Origin: Nocardioides sp.
Lineage (GTDB): Bacteria > Actinomycetota > Actinomycetes > Propionibacteriales > Nocardioidaceae
NCBI RefSeq assembly: GCF_051876515.1
Contig: NZ_JBJEHY010000036.1
Coordinates: forward strand, 1-58,884
DNA: 58,884 nucleotides
Reading direction: 5' to 3'
The notes below the pieces were generated by a model. That model was not told the DNA's origin and did no database searches. It saw only the letters and a program-made list of their open reading frames with translations. Positions 47,257 to 57,154 of this stretch are shown piece by piece; position 1 is the first letter of the stretch; each line of letters starts with the position of its first letter. The position numbers and the translations under genes were made by a program.

Positions 47257-49368
47257 ATGGTGCCCGTGAGGTGGGCTTCCGTGCGTGTGGGCGGCATCGC
47301 CGTCCTGGCCGCCCTCCTGCTCGGCCTGCTGGCCCTGCTGGCGTGGGGGCCGGGAGCCGGACGCCCCCACGACGTGCCCGTCGGGATCGTCGCGCCCGGG
47401 CTGACCGGTGAGCTGCTGGCCGAGTCCGTCGCCGGGACCAGCGGCGAGCTCGTCCCCGTCGACGTCGAGGACGCGGACGAGGCCCTCGACCTGCTCGCCG
47501 ACGGCGAGGTCACCGCCGTGGTCGACGTCGACCTGTCGCGCACCGAGGACGTCATCTGGATCGACCCCGGACGCAACCCCGACCTCCTGGACGCCGTGGT
47601 GGCGCGCATCCAGGCCGTCGAGCACCACTACGGCCGTACCGCGCGGGTCCAGGAGGCGCCGTCGAGCCGGGACGGCCGGTACGCCCGCATCGACTGGGCC
47701 ACGCTGGCCGCGGTGGTCGCCGGCGCCGTGATGGGGCTGGCGGTCGCGGGCGTGCGCTGGCTGCGCCGGGTGCCCATCGCCGGGCTGCCCAGGACCGCTC
47801 TGGCACTCGTCCCGGGGGCGTGGCTCATCGCCGCCGTCCTGGTCTCCGTCCCCGCCCTGGACACCGGCCACCCGTGGTGGTTCGCAGGCACCTACCTCGC
47901 CCTCGTCGCCGGGATCGCCGCCGGGATCAGCGTCACCTGCGTGGCCGCCAGTCCGGGTTACGGCGCGGCCGTGGCCCTGGGACTCCAGCTGACGATGCTG
48001 GCTCCCGTGCTCAACGGGGTGGCGCACGCGATGCTGCCCCAGCCGTGGAGGTTCCTGTACCCGCTCACCCCGGTGGGGGCCGCACGCTCCGCGCTGACCT
48101 TCACCACCGACGAGTGGGTCTGGCGCACGCTCCTGGTGATGCTCGTGTGGCTGGTCGGGACCGCCGTCGCTGGCCGCCGTGCCGTACGCCGCTCCTCCGA
48201 CTGGCACGACGAGCTGCCGCTGCTGCGCACGGCCGCCCCCGTGCTGCCTGCCGTCGCCGCGCTGGTCGTGATCACCCTCCTGCTGCCCACCGGGCCACCT
48301 GACGACCAGGTGGACCAGGTCCTGGCCACCACCACCGAGTGCATCGACCCCGGTCCCGTGGAGACGGTCGCCGACCTCAACCGGATCGCCCAGCTGCGCG
48401 GCCGCGACGTGTTCGGTGGGGCCGACGTGGGCGCCTCCGCCCAGCTGCAGGACGGACGGACGGTGTGGCTCTTCGGGGACACCGTCAGCCGCGACCCCGC
48501 CTCCGGTCGCAGCAGGTTCACGCGCAACTCCATGCTCGTCATGGACCCCGGCTGCATCCAGGTGCTGCTCATGCCCGGCCAGGGCGCGGTGATCCCCGAC
48601 CGCGACAGCGAGGTCGGGTACTGGCCGATGTCCGTGACCGTCTCGCAGGCGCAGGGCTACGACCTCGTCACGGTGATGGCCCAACGCGTCGCGGCGACCG
48701 GGACCGGCGGGTGGGACTTCGCCAACCTGGGTCCCTCCGTGGCCGCGTACGTCGTCCCCGTGGGCGGCGTGCCCCAGCTCATGGCGGTGCGCGACGCAGG
48801 CGACGACACCGTCGACCGGACCCGTCCGATGTGGGGTGCCGCGAGTACCGAGCACGACGGGTGGCTCTACCTGTACGGCACCGCCAGCCCCGGCGAGCAC
48901 CTCGTCTTCGGCTTCTCCCTGAGCGTGGCCAGGGTACGCCCCGACGAGGTTCTCGACGTCTCCGCGTGGCGCTACTTCGACGGCTCGGAGTGGGTCAAGG
49001 ACCCGACGCAGGCGGTCGAGCTCATCGACGCCGAGAGCGGGACCTCGCAGACCTTGTCGGTCTGGGAGTCGGAGGGGACCTGGTACGCGCTGTCGAAGCG
49101 CGACGAGTACCTGGGCAGCGAGGTGGTCGTGTGGACCGCTCCCGGCCCCACCGGGCCGTTCACCGCCCAGGCCCCGGTCAAGGACCTGCCCTCCGACCTC
49201 GAGGGTGGCCGGCTGCGCTACATGCCGCTGGCACACCCCGAGCTGCTGCCGCGCGAGGGCACGGTCGTGGTGTCGTGGAGCAACAACCAGTCGGACCCGC
49301 AGGCCGTCATCGACGACCCCCTGCTCTACCGGCCCGCGTTCGCGCGGGTTGCCCTGCCCAGCCCCTGA
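47257..49368 (+). CDS. Multi-TM (DUF3533/ABC-2-like) domain fused to DUF4185/DUF5005-like beta-propeller
   Basis: N-term TM + PHDVPVGIV + several TMs with MLPQPW..L..LTPVGA; C-term GADVGAS, WLFGDT, RNSMLV, YWP, WLYLYG, VARV, WRYFDG, LYRP. Confidence 0.7.
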   Translation: MVPVRWASVRVGGIAVLAALLLGLLALLAWGPGAGRPHDVPVGIVAPGLTGELLAESVAGTSGELVPVDVEDADEALDLLADGEVTAVVDVDLSRTEDVIWIDPGRNPDLLDAVVARIQAVEHHYGRTARVQEAPSSRDGRYARIDWATLAAVVAGAVMGLAVAGVRWLRRVPIAGLPRTALALVPGAWLIAAVLVSVPALDTGHPWWFAGTYLALVAGIAAGISVTCVAASPGYGAAVALGLQLTMLAPVLNGVAHAMLPQPWRFLYPLTPVGAARSALTFTTDEWVWRTLLVMLVWLVGTAVAGRRAVRRSSDWHDELPLLRTAAPVLPAVAALVVITLLLPTGPPDDQVDQVLATTTECIDPGPVETVADLNRIAQLRGRDVFGGADVGASAQLQDGRTVWLFGDTVSRDPASGRSRFTRNSMLVMDPGCIQVLLMPGQGAVIPDRDSEVGYWPMSVTVSQAQGYDLVTVMAQRVAATGTGGWDFANLGPSVAAYVVPVGGVPQLMAVRDAGDDTVDRTRPMWGAASTEHDGWLYLYGTASPGEHLVFGFSLSVARVRPDEVLDVSAWRYFDGSEWVKDPTQAVELIDAESGTSQTLSVWESEGTWYALSKRDEYLGSEVVVWTAPGPTGPFTAQAPVKDLPSDLEGGRLRYMPLAHPELLPREGTVVVSWSNNQSDPQAVIDDPLLYRPAFARVALPSP

Positions 49369-49381
49369 GTCTGCGAACGCC

Positions 49382-49660
49382 TCAGTCGGCGCTGCCGCCG
49401 GACGAGTCGCCAGCGCCCGAGGAGTCAGCGGTGTCGCCGGCCTCGACGGGGTCGCCGAAGACACCGTCGGCCTTGGCCTTCTCGGTGCGGCGCAGCTGCT
49501 TGTTGAGGCTGATGCTGATCACCACGACCGCGGCCACCAGGGCCAGCACCACGAAGAGACCCAGGTAGCCGGCCTTGACCTCGTCGTCCTCCGGCACGTC
49601 GTCGGCGAACCGGAGGAACGACGTCACGTCGTGGGCGATGAGGTACACGGAGGAGAACAT
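49382..49660 (-). CDS. Small membrane protein downstream of mca
   Basis: EVKAGYLGLFVV TM, SLNKQLRR. Confidence 0.7.
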   Translation of the reverse strand: MFSSVYLIAHDVTSFLRFADDVPEDDEVKAGYLGLFVVLALVAAVVVISISLNKQLRRTEKAKADGVFGDPVEAGDTADSSGAGDSSGGSAD

Positions 49661-49673
49661 GTCCACCAGTCTC

Positions 49674-50564
49674 TCAGGCGTCGGCAACGATGCCGGCGAA
49701 GAGGTCGTCCTCGGGCAGCTGACTGGCGACGTGGCTCACCACCAGCTCGAAGTCCTCGGTCGGCCACACCTCCTGCTGGATCTCCCGCGGGATCGCGAAC
49801 CAGAAGCTGTCCGGGTCGATCTGGGTGGCGTGCGCCAGCAGTGCCTGGTCGCGCACGCCGAACCAGTCACCGCACGGGACGCGGGTGGTGAGGCGCTTCT
49901 CCCACTCCGGCTCCCGCTTCCAGTGCGCCAGCCGCTCGGCGTACGGAGAGTCCAGACCGTGCTCGAGCATCGCGTTGTGCAGCGCCTCGAACCGGGCGAA
50001 GCTGCTGTGGTGGTAGTACAGCTTGAGCGGCTGCCACGGCTCCCCGGCGTCGGGGTAGCGCTCCGGGTCGCCGGCGGCCTCGAAGGCGTGCACCGCGACG
50101 TTGTGGCACATGATGTGGTCGGGGTGCGGGTAGCCGCCCCGCTCGTCGTACGTCGTGACCACGTGCGGGCGGAAGCTGCGGATGAGGCGCACCAGCGGCT
50201 CCGCGGCCTCCTCGACGGGGACCAGCGCGAAGCAGCCCTCGGGCAGCGGCGGCTTGGGGTCACCCTCGGGCCACCCGGAGTCGACGAAGCCGAGCCAGTC
50301 CTGGGTCACCCCCAGGATGTCGCGGGCGCACTCCATCTCGCGACGGCGCACCTCGGTGATCTTGGCCAGGATGTCGGGCCGGTCCATCTTGGGGTTGAGG
50401 ATCGACCCGCGCTCACCGCCCGTGCACGTGGCCACGTGCACGTCGACACCCTCGGAGACGTAGCGCGCCGTCGACGCAGCCCCCTTGCTGGACTCGTCGT
50501 CGGGGTGGGCGTGGACGTGCATCAGGCGCAGCCCCTTGCGGGGCTGCTCAGTGGGCTGGGCCAT
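49674..50564 (-). CDS. mca: Mycothiol S-conjugate amidase
   Basis: VHAHPDDESSKGAA, TGGERG, GGYPHPDH, WQPLKLYY, AHATQIDP, EDDLFAGI. Confidence 0.95.
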   Translation of the reverse strand: MAQPTEQPRKGLRLMHVHAHPDDESSKGAASTARYVSEGVDVHVATCTGGERGSILNPKMDRPDILAKITEVRRREMECARDILGVTQDWLGFVDSGWPEGDPKPPLPEGCFALVPVEEAAEPLVRLIRSFRPHVVTTYDERGGYPHPDHIMCHNVAVHAFEAAGDPERYPDAGEPWQPLKLYYHHSSFARFEALHNAMLEHGLDSPYAERLAHWKREPEWEKRLTTRVPCGDWFGVRDQALLAHATQIDPDSFWFAIPREIQQEVWPTEDFELVVSHVASQLPEDDLFAGIVADA

Positions 50565-50607
50565 GGGCGGAAGTCTATGAGAACCACCCACCACCTACGC
50601 TGGGTGC

Positions 50608-51054
50608 GTGACTGACGCGGTACCCACGCCTGCCCCGGACGCCTCCGTGAACCACGGGGCAGCGCTCCCCTCCTCCGGCGGCGGGACCGATCTCGCGGCG
50701 CGGTACGGCACCGGCCCCTCGCGCTGGCGCCCGCTGGCTCTCGCCCTGCTCGGCGTGCTCGTGGCGGGGGCCGCGGCGTGGGTGGTGTGGGCGATGGTGG
50801 TGCACGGCTCCCCCGACGTCGACGCGGAGATGGTGAAGTTCGACATCGTCGACGACCACACGGTCGAGGCCACGATGGACGTCATCCTCGGCGACGGCGT
50901 CGAGGCCACCTGCCGGTTGCGCTCCCTGGCCGAGGACAAGAACACCGTCGGCGACCTCGCGTTCACCCCGCACGAGGGCCGCAACACGGTGACGGTACGC
51001 ACCGAGCGCCTCGCCTCCTCCGTCGAGCTGCTGGGCTGCACCCGCACCAACTGA
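50608..51054 (+). CDS. DUF4307 protein
   Basis: RYG + TM, ATCRLRS, VRTER, GC; lies between mca and greA. Confidence 0.82.
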   Translation: MTDAVPTPAPDASVNHGAALPSSGGGTDLAARYGTGPSRWRPLALALLGVLVAGAAAWVVWAMVVHGSPDVDAEMVKFDIVDDHTVEATMDVILGDGVEATCRLRSLAEDKNTVGDLAFTPHEGRNTVTVRTERLASSVELLGCTRTN

Positions 51055-51273
51055 GTCCCGCCGCACGACCCGACCGCCGGGCGAGGACCTGCGCAGGAGC
51101 CTCGACAGTTGCTACTGTGGAGTTTCTGCCCGTCCGGCGGCGCTGGCCCTCGTCCCGAGGGACGTTCCCTGCGGCCACCCCTTGACCGGACGGAATCCGC
51201 TACCAACCACAGGAGTTGGGTGCGCTTCGGCACATCCTCTCCAGCAGTATCCGCATCTATCCAGGAGTGGCAC

Positions 51274-51768
51274 ATGACCGACCAGGGCACCATCTGGCTG
51301 ACCCAGGAGGCCTACGAAAAGCTTCAGGCCGAGTTGGAGGACCTCAAGGGCCCTCGCCGTCAGGAGATCATCGACAAGATCGCCGCAGCGCGCGACGAGG
51401 GCGACCTGAAGGAGAACAGCGGCTACCACGCTGCCCGCGACGAGCAGGGCAAGCAGGAGGCGCGCATCCGTCAGCTCACCGAGATGCTCCAGCGGGCCGA
51501 GGTCGGCGAGACCCCGCCCAACGACGGCGTCGTCGAGCCCGGCATGGTCGTCACCATCCGTTTCGAGGGTGACGACGAGACCGAGAAGTTCCTGCTCGGT
51601 GCCCGCGAGAACCTCTCCGAGGGCGACAAGCTCACGGTCTACTCCCCGCAGTCCGCCATGGGTTCGGCCATCAACGGCCACTCCAAGGGCGAGACCGTCA
51701 GCTACACCGCGCCCAACGGCAAGGAGATCGCCGTCGACATCGTCGACGCGGTGCCGTACGCCGGCTGA
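51274..51768 (+). CDS. greA: Transcription elongation factor GreA
   Basis: WLTQEAY, ARDEGDLKENSGYHAAR, YSPQSAMG; AGGAG RBS. Confidence 0.96.
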   Translation: MTDQGTIWLTQEAYEKLQAELEDLKGPRRQEIIDKIAAARDEGDLKENSGYHAARDEQGKQEARIRQLTEMLQRAEVGETPPNDGVVEPGMVVTIRFEGDDETEKFLLGARENLSEGDKLTVYSPQSAMGSAINGHSKGETVSYTAPNGKEIAVDIVDAVPYAG

Positions 51769-51783
51769 GCACCCGCGACACCG

Positions 51784-51813
51784 CGAGAACCCCCGCCCCG
51801 GCGGGGGTTCTCG
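51784..51813. terminator. Hairpin between greA and ilvA
   Basis: CGAGAACCCCCGCC-CC-GGCGGGGGTTCTCG. Confidence 0.75.
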
Positions 51814-51849
51814 TCGTCCCAGGGCTCGTCGCCGCCAGGGGTGCTGGGG

Positions 51850-53067
51850 CTAGGGCTGGACCACGTAGCCGGCCGCTCGGAGGCGGCCCATCACGTCCTC
51901 GGCGTGCCGCTCGCCGCGGGTCTCCAGCTGCAGGCGCACCTCGACCTCGTCGAGCCGCAGACTCGAGGAGATGCGCTCGTGGGCGACCTCGAGCACGTTG
52001 GCCCCGGCCGCGCTCACCTCGGCGAGCAGGCCGGCCAGGCCGCCGGGCTGGTCGCGGATGAGCACGCGCAGGTAGAGGTAGCGCCCTGCCGAGGCGAGGC
52101 CGTGCCGGATCACCTTGCCCAGCAGGAGCGGGTCGATGTTGCCGCCGGACAGCACCGCCACCGTGGGGCCCGCGAACGACTCCGGGGAGTCGAGCATCGC
52201 CGCCACGGCGGCCGCACCGGCGGGCTCGACGACCACCTTGGCCCGCTCCAGCAGGGCCAGCAGCGCCCGGGAGAGCGACTCCTCGGAGACCGTGAGCATC
52301 TCGTCGCAGTGCTGCTGCACCGCGACGAACGGGATCTCGCCGGGCAGGCCGACCGCGATGCCGTCGGCCATCGTCTCCATGGAGGCCAGCCCCACCGGCC
52401 GTCCCGCCGCCAGTGAGGCGGGGTACGCGGCGGCACCGTCCGCCTGCACGCCGACCACGCGTACGTCGGGGCGCAGTGTCTTGACCGCGATCGCGACGCC
52501 GGCCAGCAGTCCTCCGCCACCGGTGGGCACCAGCACGGTGCTCGCCTCGGGCGCCTGCTCGAGCACCTCCAGGCCGAGCGTGCCCTGGCCGGCGACGATG
52601 TCGGGGTGGTCGAACGGGTGGATCAGCACCGCGCCCGTCTCGGCCGCGAACTCGCGGGCGGCCGCCAGGGCGTCCTCGAGGTAGCGGCCGGCGAAGCGGA
52701 CGTCGGCGCCGTACCCGCGGGTGGCCTTCTCCTTGGGGATCGGCGCCCCCTCCGGCATGAAGACCGTCGAACGGATGCCGAGCATGGTGGCGGCCAGCGC
52801 CACCCCCTGCGCGTGGTTGCCGGCCGACGCGGCGACCACGCCGGCGGCCCGCTCCTGCGGGGAGAGGCGCGAGATCCGGACGTACGCCCCGCGCACCTTG
52901 AACGACCCGGTGCGCTGGAGGTTCTCGCACTTGAGACTGACCGGAGCCCCCGTCAGCGCGGAGAGCCAGCGCGAGGTCTCCATCGGGGTGCGCACAGAGA
53001 CGCCCTCGAGCAGGTCACGAGCGACCTCGATGTCGTGCAGGGTCACCTGGCTGGTCGGGTCACTCAT
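51850..53067 (-). CDS. ilvA: Threonine ammonia-lyase with ACT domain
   Basis: KCENLQRTGSFKVRG, ASAGNHAQG, GGGGL, SGGN, DQPGGL. Confidence 0.95.
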   Translation of the reverse strand: MSDPTSQVTLHDIEVARDLLEGVSVRTPMETSRWLSALTGAPVSLKCENLQRTGSFKVRGAYVRISRLSPQERAAGVVAASAGNHAQGVALAATMLGIRSTVFMPEGAPIPKEKATRGYGADVRFAGRYLEDALAAAREFAAETGAVLIHPFDHPDIVAGQGTLGLEVLEQAPEASTVLVPTGGGGLLAGVAIAVKTLRPDVRVVGVQADGAAAYPASLAAGRPVGLASMETMADGIAVGLPGEIPFVAVQQHCDEMLTVSEESLSRALLALLERAKVVVEPAGAAAVAAMLDSPESFAGPTVAVLSGGNIDPLLLGKVIRHGLASAGRYLYLRVLIRDQPGGLAGLLAEVSAAGANVLEVAHERISSSLRLDEVEVRLQLETRGERHAEDVMGRLRAAGYVVQP

Positions 53068-54520
53068 CGTCGTCCCCCTGCGGGGTGCCCGGCTCGGACG
53101 GTGGGGGCTCGGGCGCTGGGGGCGCGGAGGGCTCCGTGGCCGCCGGGGACGGCTCGGAGGCGGAGGCCTCGGCCACGCCGCCCAGCGCCGCACCCGGTGG
53201 GGCGGGCACGCCGTCCTCGGGTGGTTCGTCGTGGTCCGAGAGGTGCTGCACCACGGCGTTGAGCGAGGCCACGATCGGCACCGCGATCAGGGCGCCGGCG
53301 AGGCCGGCCACCATGATGCCGATGGCGATGGCGAGGAGCACGCCCAGCGGGTGCACCGAGACGAACCGGCCCATCAGGAACGGCTGCAGGACGTTGCCCT
53401 CGATCTGCTGGACCAGCAGGACGCCGCCCAGCATGAGCAGGGCCGTGATCGGCCCCTGGTCGACCAGCGCCACCAGGACGGCCACGGTGCCGGCCACCGT
53501 GGCGCCCACCATCGGGACGAACGAACCCAGGAAGACGAGCACGCCGATGGCGGCCACCAGGGGCAGTCCGAGGATCTTGGCGACCAGGGCGATGCCCAGC
53601 GCGTCGACGAGCGCCACGATCACCGTGGCGCGGACGTACTGGGTCAGCGACACCCAGGCCACGCGCCCCGATGAGTCGATCCGCTCACGGCCGGCGCGCG
53701 GCGCCAGACGTACGACCCAGGACCAGATGCGGTCCCCGTCGGCGAGGAAGAAGTAGAAGGCGAAGACGACGATGAAGAAGCCCGCCACCCCGTTGCCGAT
53801 CGCCACACCCACGTCGGTGATCGAGTTGAGCACCCCGGCCGGCTCGGCCGCCTCGGAGATCGACCGTTGGGCGTCCTTGATCCAGGCGTCGAGCTGGGAG
53901 TCGCTGACGGCGAGTGGCCCCTCCCGGATCCACTCGCGGATCTCGCCCAGGCCCGCCACCACCTGGTCGGCGAGCTGGAAGGCCCCGTTGACCACCTGCT
54001 GGCCGACGAAGTAGAGCATGAGTCCCACGCCGCCGATGCCCAGCAACATGACCAGGAAGGAGCTGAGACCTCGCGGGATGCCCGCGCGGTGCATCGCACC
54101 CACCAACGGGTTGCCCAGGGCCGCGAGCAGCAGCGCAACCGCCAGCGGCACCGTGACCAGGGAGAATTCCCGCAGCAGCCACAGCACCGCCAGCGAGGCG
54201 ACCGCGATCACGATGAGCCGCCAGGACCAGGCGGCGGCCAGGTCGACGCCCCACGGGACCTGGGCACGCGAGAAGTTGGACGGTCCGCTGCGGATCGCCG
54301 GCAGCGGCTCGGCCCTGCGCTCGGCCCTCAGCGCGGCCCACTGCTGCGCGAACTGCTGGGTGAGTCGCTCGCCGAGACCCTCGTCGTCGTCGCCCCTCCC
54401 GAGGTTGAGGAACAGCCGGCGCCGTGCGTGCTCGGCCTCCGCGGCCTCGCGGGCGCGGGTGGCGTCCGCCCGCTCCTCATGCCCCACGTCGTCCCCCTGT
54501 GGCTCTGTCACCTCGGACAC
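53060..54520 (-). CDS. AI-2E family transporter
   Basis: AAWSWRL, FFLADG, SFVPMVG, QQIEGNVLQP, VHPL. Confidence 0.9.
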   Translation of the reverse strand: MSEVTEPQGDDVGHEERADATRAREAAEAEHARRRLFLNLGRGDDDEGLGERLTQQFAQQWAALRAERRAEPLPAIRSGPSNFSRAQVPWGVDLAAAWSWRLIVIAVASLAVLWLLREFSLVTVPLAVALLLAALGNPLVGAMHRAGIPRGLSSFLVMLLGIGGVGLMLYFVGQQVVNGAFQLADQVVAGLGEIREWIREGPLAVSDSQLDAWIKDAQRSISEAAEPAGVLNSITDVGVAIGNGVAGFFIVVFAFYFFLADGDRIWSWVVRLAPRAGRERIDSSGRVAWVSLTQYVRATVIVALVDALGIALVAKILGLPLVAAIGVLVFLGSFVPMVGATVAGTVAVLVALVDQGPITALLMLGGVLLVQQIEGNVLQPFLMGRFVSVHPLGVLLAIAIGIMVAGLAGALIAVPIVASLNAVVQHLSDHDEPPEDGVPAPPGAALGGVAEASASEPSPAATEPSAPPAPEPPPSEPGTPQGDDDE

Positions 54521-54521
54521 G

Positions 54522-55907
54522 CTAGTCCCTCCCCCCGACAGCCAGGGTCCTCACCAGCCGGTGCGCCGCGAGCGGGTGGCGTACGGCGAGCAACCCGGCC
54601 GCGGCGAGCACGTACTGGTCGTCGACCACGATGCGCGGCGCCCGGGGCAGCTGCCAGCCTCCGGGGTGCTCGCCGGTCGCCGGACCGAGGACCTCGGCCC
54701 GGCTGGCGCCGGTCCCCCGCGCCCGCAGCACTCCGCCCGAGCCCACCAGCAGGTCGACCTCGCGCAGGTCCTTGCCGGTCCGTTCCACGACCCGCCCGTC
54801 CGGGCCGAGCACCACCTTGGAGCGCCCCGCGTGGCGCTTGAGGGCCACCTCGACCGCTGCGGCAGCGAGCGCGGTGTCGATGAGCGTCTCCTCCGCGGAG
54901 CCGGGCAGGAACCCGGGATCCGCCTGGCGCCGCTCGGCGGCCTCACGCAGGTCCTCGCGACCGGCCGCCTCGGCGGTGCTGGGCGCCGACCACCTCATGC
55001 CGAGGTCGCCCTCGACCGTACGGGTCAGTGCCGTGGTCGCCACCACCTCGCGCGCCAGCCCGGCGTCCTCGGGGTCGGTCTCGACGAACGAGTGCACGTC
55101 GGTGGTCGCCCCGCCGACGTCGACGACCACGACGTCCCCGACGCCCGGCGCGTCCGGTCCGAGTCCACGGGCCAGCAGCTCGACGCCGGTGAGCACCACG
55201 TCGGGGGTGGCACCGACGACCATCTCGGCGAACGCGGGGCTCGCGCTGAGTCCCTTGCCGCCGATGACGTGGCGCAGGAACATCTCGCGGATGGCGGCCC
55301 GCGCGGAGTCCGGCGCGAGGACCCCGATCCGCGGCACCACGTTGTCGGCGAGCACGTACGGCGTGCCGGACTCCTCGAAGCCGCGCGCCACCTCGGCCTG
55401 GGCCTCGACGTTGCCGGCCACGACGACCGGCAGCGACCAGCCGGCGTGGGCGAGGAAGGCAGCGTCGTGCAGCAGGACCTCGGCGTTGCCGCCGTCGGTG
55501 CCCCCGACGAGCAGCAGCACGTCGGGCCCCGCGGCGCGGAGCTGGTCGTACGACGCCTCGCCCAGACCGCCCGACAGGACCGCCACGACGCGGCCGCCGC
55601 TGGACAGCGCGACCCGGCGGCCCGCCTCGGCCGTGACGAGCTCCTCGTTGCCGACCACGGCGATCCGCAGGCCACCACCGGCACTCGAGCAGGCCAGCAC
55701 CTCGGCGTCGGCGGCGCGGGCGTCCTGGGCCGTGAGGACCGCGAGGCAGGCCTCGAACCCGTCCAGCACGTCCGTGCCGATCGTGGTGGCGTGCGCCGCG
55801 CTGGCGGCCACCGCACCGGAGTCGAGGTCGACGAGCAGGGCCTTGGTGAACGTGGACCCGAAGTCGACGCACACCACCGCCTCGCCGGTCACGGGCGCAC
55901 CGCTCAC
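54522..55907 (-). CDS. Glutamate mutase L (GlmL/MutL) family reactivase-like ATPase
   Basis: VDFGSTFTK, CSSAGGGL, GGTDGGN, HVIGGK, VDVGGATTDVHS, RTVEGDLGMR, GSGGV. Confidence 0.85.
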   Translation of the reverse strand: MSGAPVTGEAVVCVDFGSTFTKALLVDLDSGAVAASAAHATTIGTDVLDGFEACLAVLTAQDARAADAEVLACSSAGGGLRIAVVGNEELVTAEAGRRVALSSGGRVVAVLSGGLGEASYDQLRAAGPDVLLLVGGTDGGNAEVLLHDAAFLAHAGWSLPVVVAGNVEAQAEVARGFEESGTPYVLADNVVPRIGVLAPDSARAAIREMFLRHVIGGKGLSASPAFAEMVVGATPDVVLTGVELLARGLGPDAPGVGDVVVVDVGGATTDVHSFVETDPEDAGLAREVVATTALTRTVEGDLGMRWSAPSTAEAAGREDLREAAERRQADPGFLPGSAEETLIDTALAAAAVEVALKRHAGRSKVVLGPDGRVVERTGKDLREVDLLVGSGGVLRARGTGASRAEVLGPATGEHPGGWQLPRAPRIVVDDQYVLAAAGLLAVRHPLAAHRLVRTLAVGGRD

Positions 55908-55918
55908 CTCGCCTCCGC

Positions 55919-57079
55919 TCAGGCCAGCGCGCGGTCGAGGTCGGCGATGAGGTCCTCGGCGCTCTCCAGGCCCACGCTGAGCCGGATCAGGTCGGAGGGG
56001 ACCTCGAGGTCGGTGCCGGCGACGCTCGCGTGGGTCATCCGGCCGGGGTGCTCGATGAGGGACTCGACGCCGCCGAGCGACTCGCCGAGCGTGAAGACCT
56101 CGGCGGCCGCGCAGACGTCGAGCGCCTTCTGCTCGCCGGCGGCGACGCGGAAGGAGACGATCCCGCCGAACCGACGCATCTGGCGCGCGGCGACCTCGTG
56201 ACCGGGGTGGGTCGGCAGCCCCGGGTAGATGACCTCGGCCACCGCGGGGTGGGAGACCAGGAAGTCGACGACCTTCTCGGCGTTGTCGCAGTGACGCTCC
56301 ATCCGCACCGCCAGCGTCTTGAGGCCGCGGTGGGTGAGGAACGCGTCGAAGGGTCCCGCGACGCCGCCGATGGAGTTCTGGTGGAACGCGATCGCCTCGG
56401 CCAGCTCGAGGTCGCGCACGACGAGCGCTCCCCCGACGACGTCGGAGTGCCCACCGACGTACTTGGTGGTGGAGTGCACGACCACGTCGGCGCCGAGGGT
56501 GAGCGGCTGCTGCAGGTACGGCGAGGCGAAGGTGTTGTCGACCACCAGCAGCGCCCCGGCGTCGTGCGCGACGGCGGCCAGCGCCTCGATGTCGGCGATG
56601 TTCAGCATCGGGTTGGTGGGCGTCTCGACCCACACCACCTTCGTACGGCCGGGCTCGATCGCCGCGCGGACGGCCTCGACGTCGGAGAGGACCGCGGGGG
56701 TGTGGTCGAGGCCCCAGACCTTCTCCACCTTGTCGAAGAGGCGGTAGGTGCCGCCGTACGCGTCGTTGGGGAGCACCACGTGGTCGCCGGGCCGGCAGAC
56801 CGAGCGGACCAGCGTGTCCTCGGCGGCCAGTCCGGAGGCGAAGGCGAAGCCGCGCTCACCGTCCTCGACCGCCGCGATGGCGCCCTCGAGGGCCGTACGG
56901 GTCGGGTTGCCGGAGCGGCTGTACTCGTAGCCGCCGCGCATCCCGCCGACGCCGTCCTGCTTGAAGGTGCTGGACGCGTAGATGGGCGGGTTGACCGCCC
57001 CTGTCATCGCGTCGGGCTCGTAGCCGGCGTGGATGGCGCGGGTCTCGAACCCGCCCTTGCTGCGGTGCTCCTGGGTCAC
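55919..57079 (-). CDS. metB: Cystathionine gamma-synthase/lyase
   Basis: YSRSGNPT, ETPTNP, VDNTFA, HSTTKYVGGHSD, ESLGGVESL, RLSVGLE. Confidence 0.93.
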   Translation of the reverse strand: MTQEHRSKGGFETRAIHAGYEPDAMTGAVNPPIYASSTFKQDGVGGMRGGYEYSRSGNPTRTALEGAIAAVEDGERGFAFASGLAAEDTLVRSVCRPGDHVVLPNDAYGGTYRLFDKVEKVWGLDHTPAVLSDVEAVRAAIEPGRTKVVWVETPTNPMLNIADIEALAAVAHDAGALLVVDNTFASPYLQQPLTLGADVVVHSTTKYVGGHSDVVGGALVVRDLELAEAIAFHQNSIGGVAGPFDAFLTHRGLKTLAVRMERHCDNAEKVVDFLVSHPAVAEVIYPGLPTHPGHEVAARQMRRFGGIVSFRVAAGEQKALDVCAAAEVFTLGESLGGVESLIEHPGRMTHASVAGTDLEVPSDLIRLSVGLESAEDLIADLDRALA

Positions 57080-57154
57080 CGGATCACAGTAGCCCGGATC
57101 ACTCTGGCCGCCCGACCCGGGACGACGGGTTGCGGAGCCGGGGAGAATGGGGGC

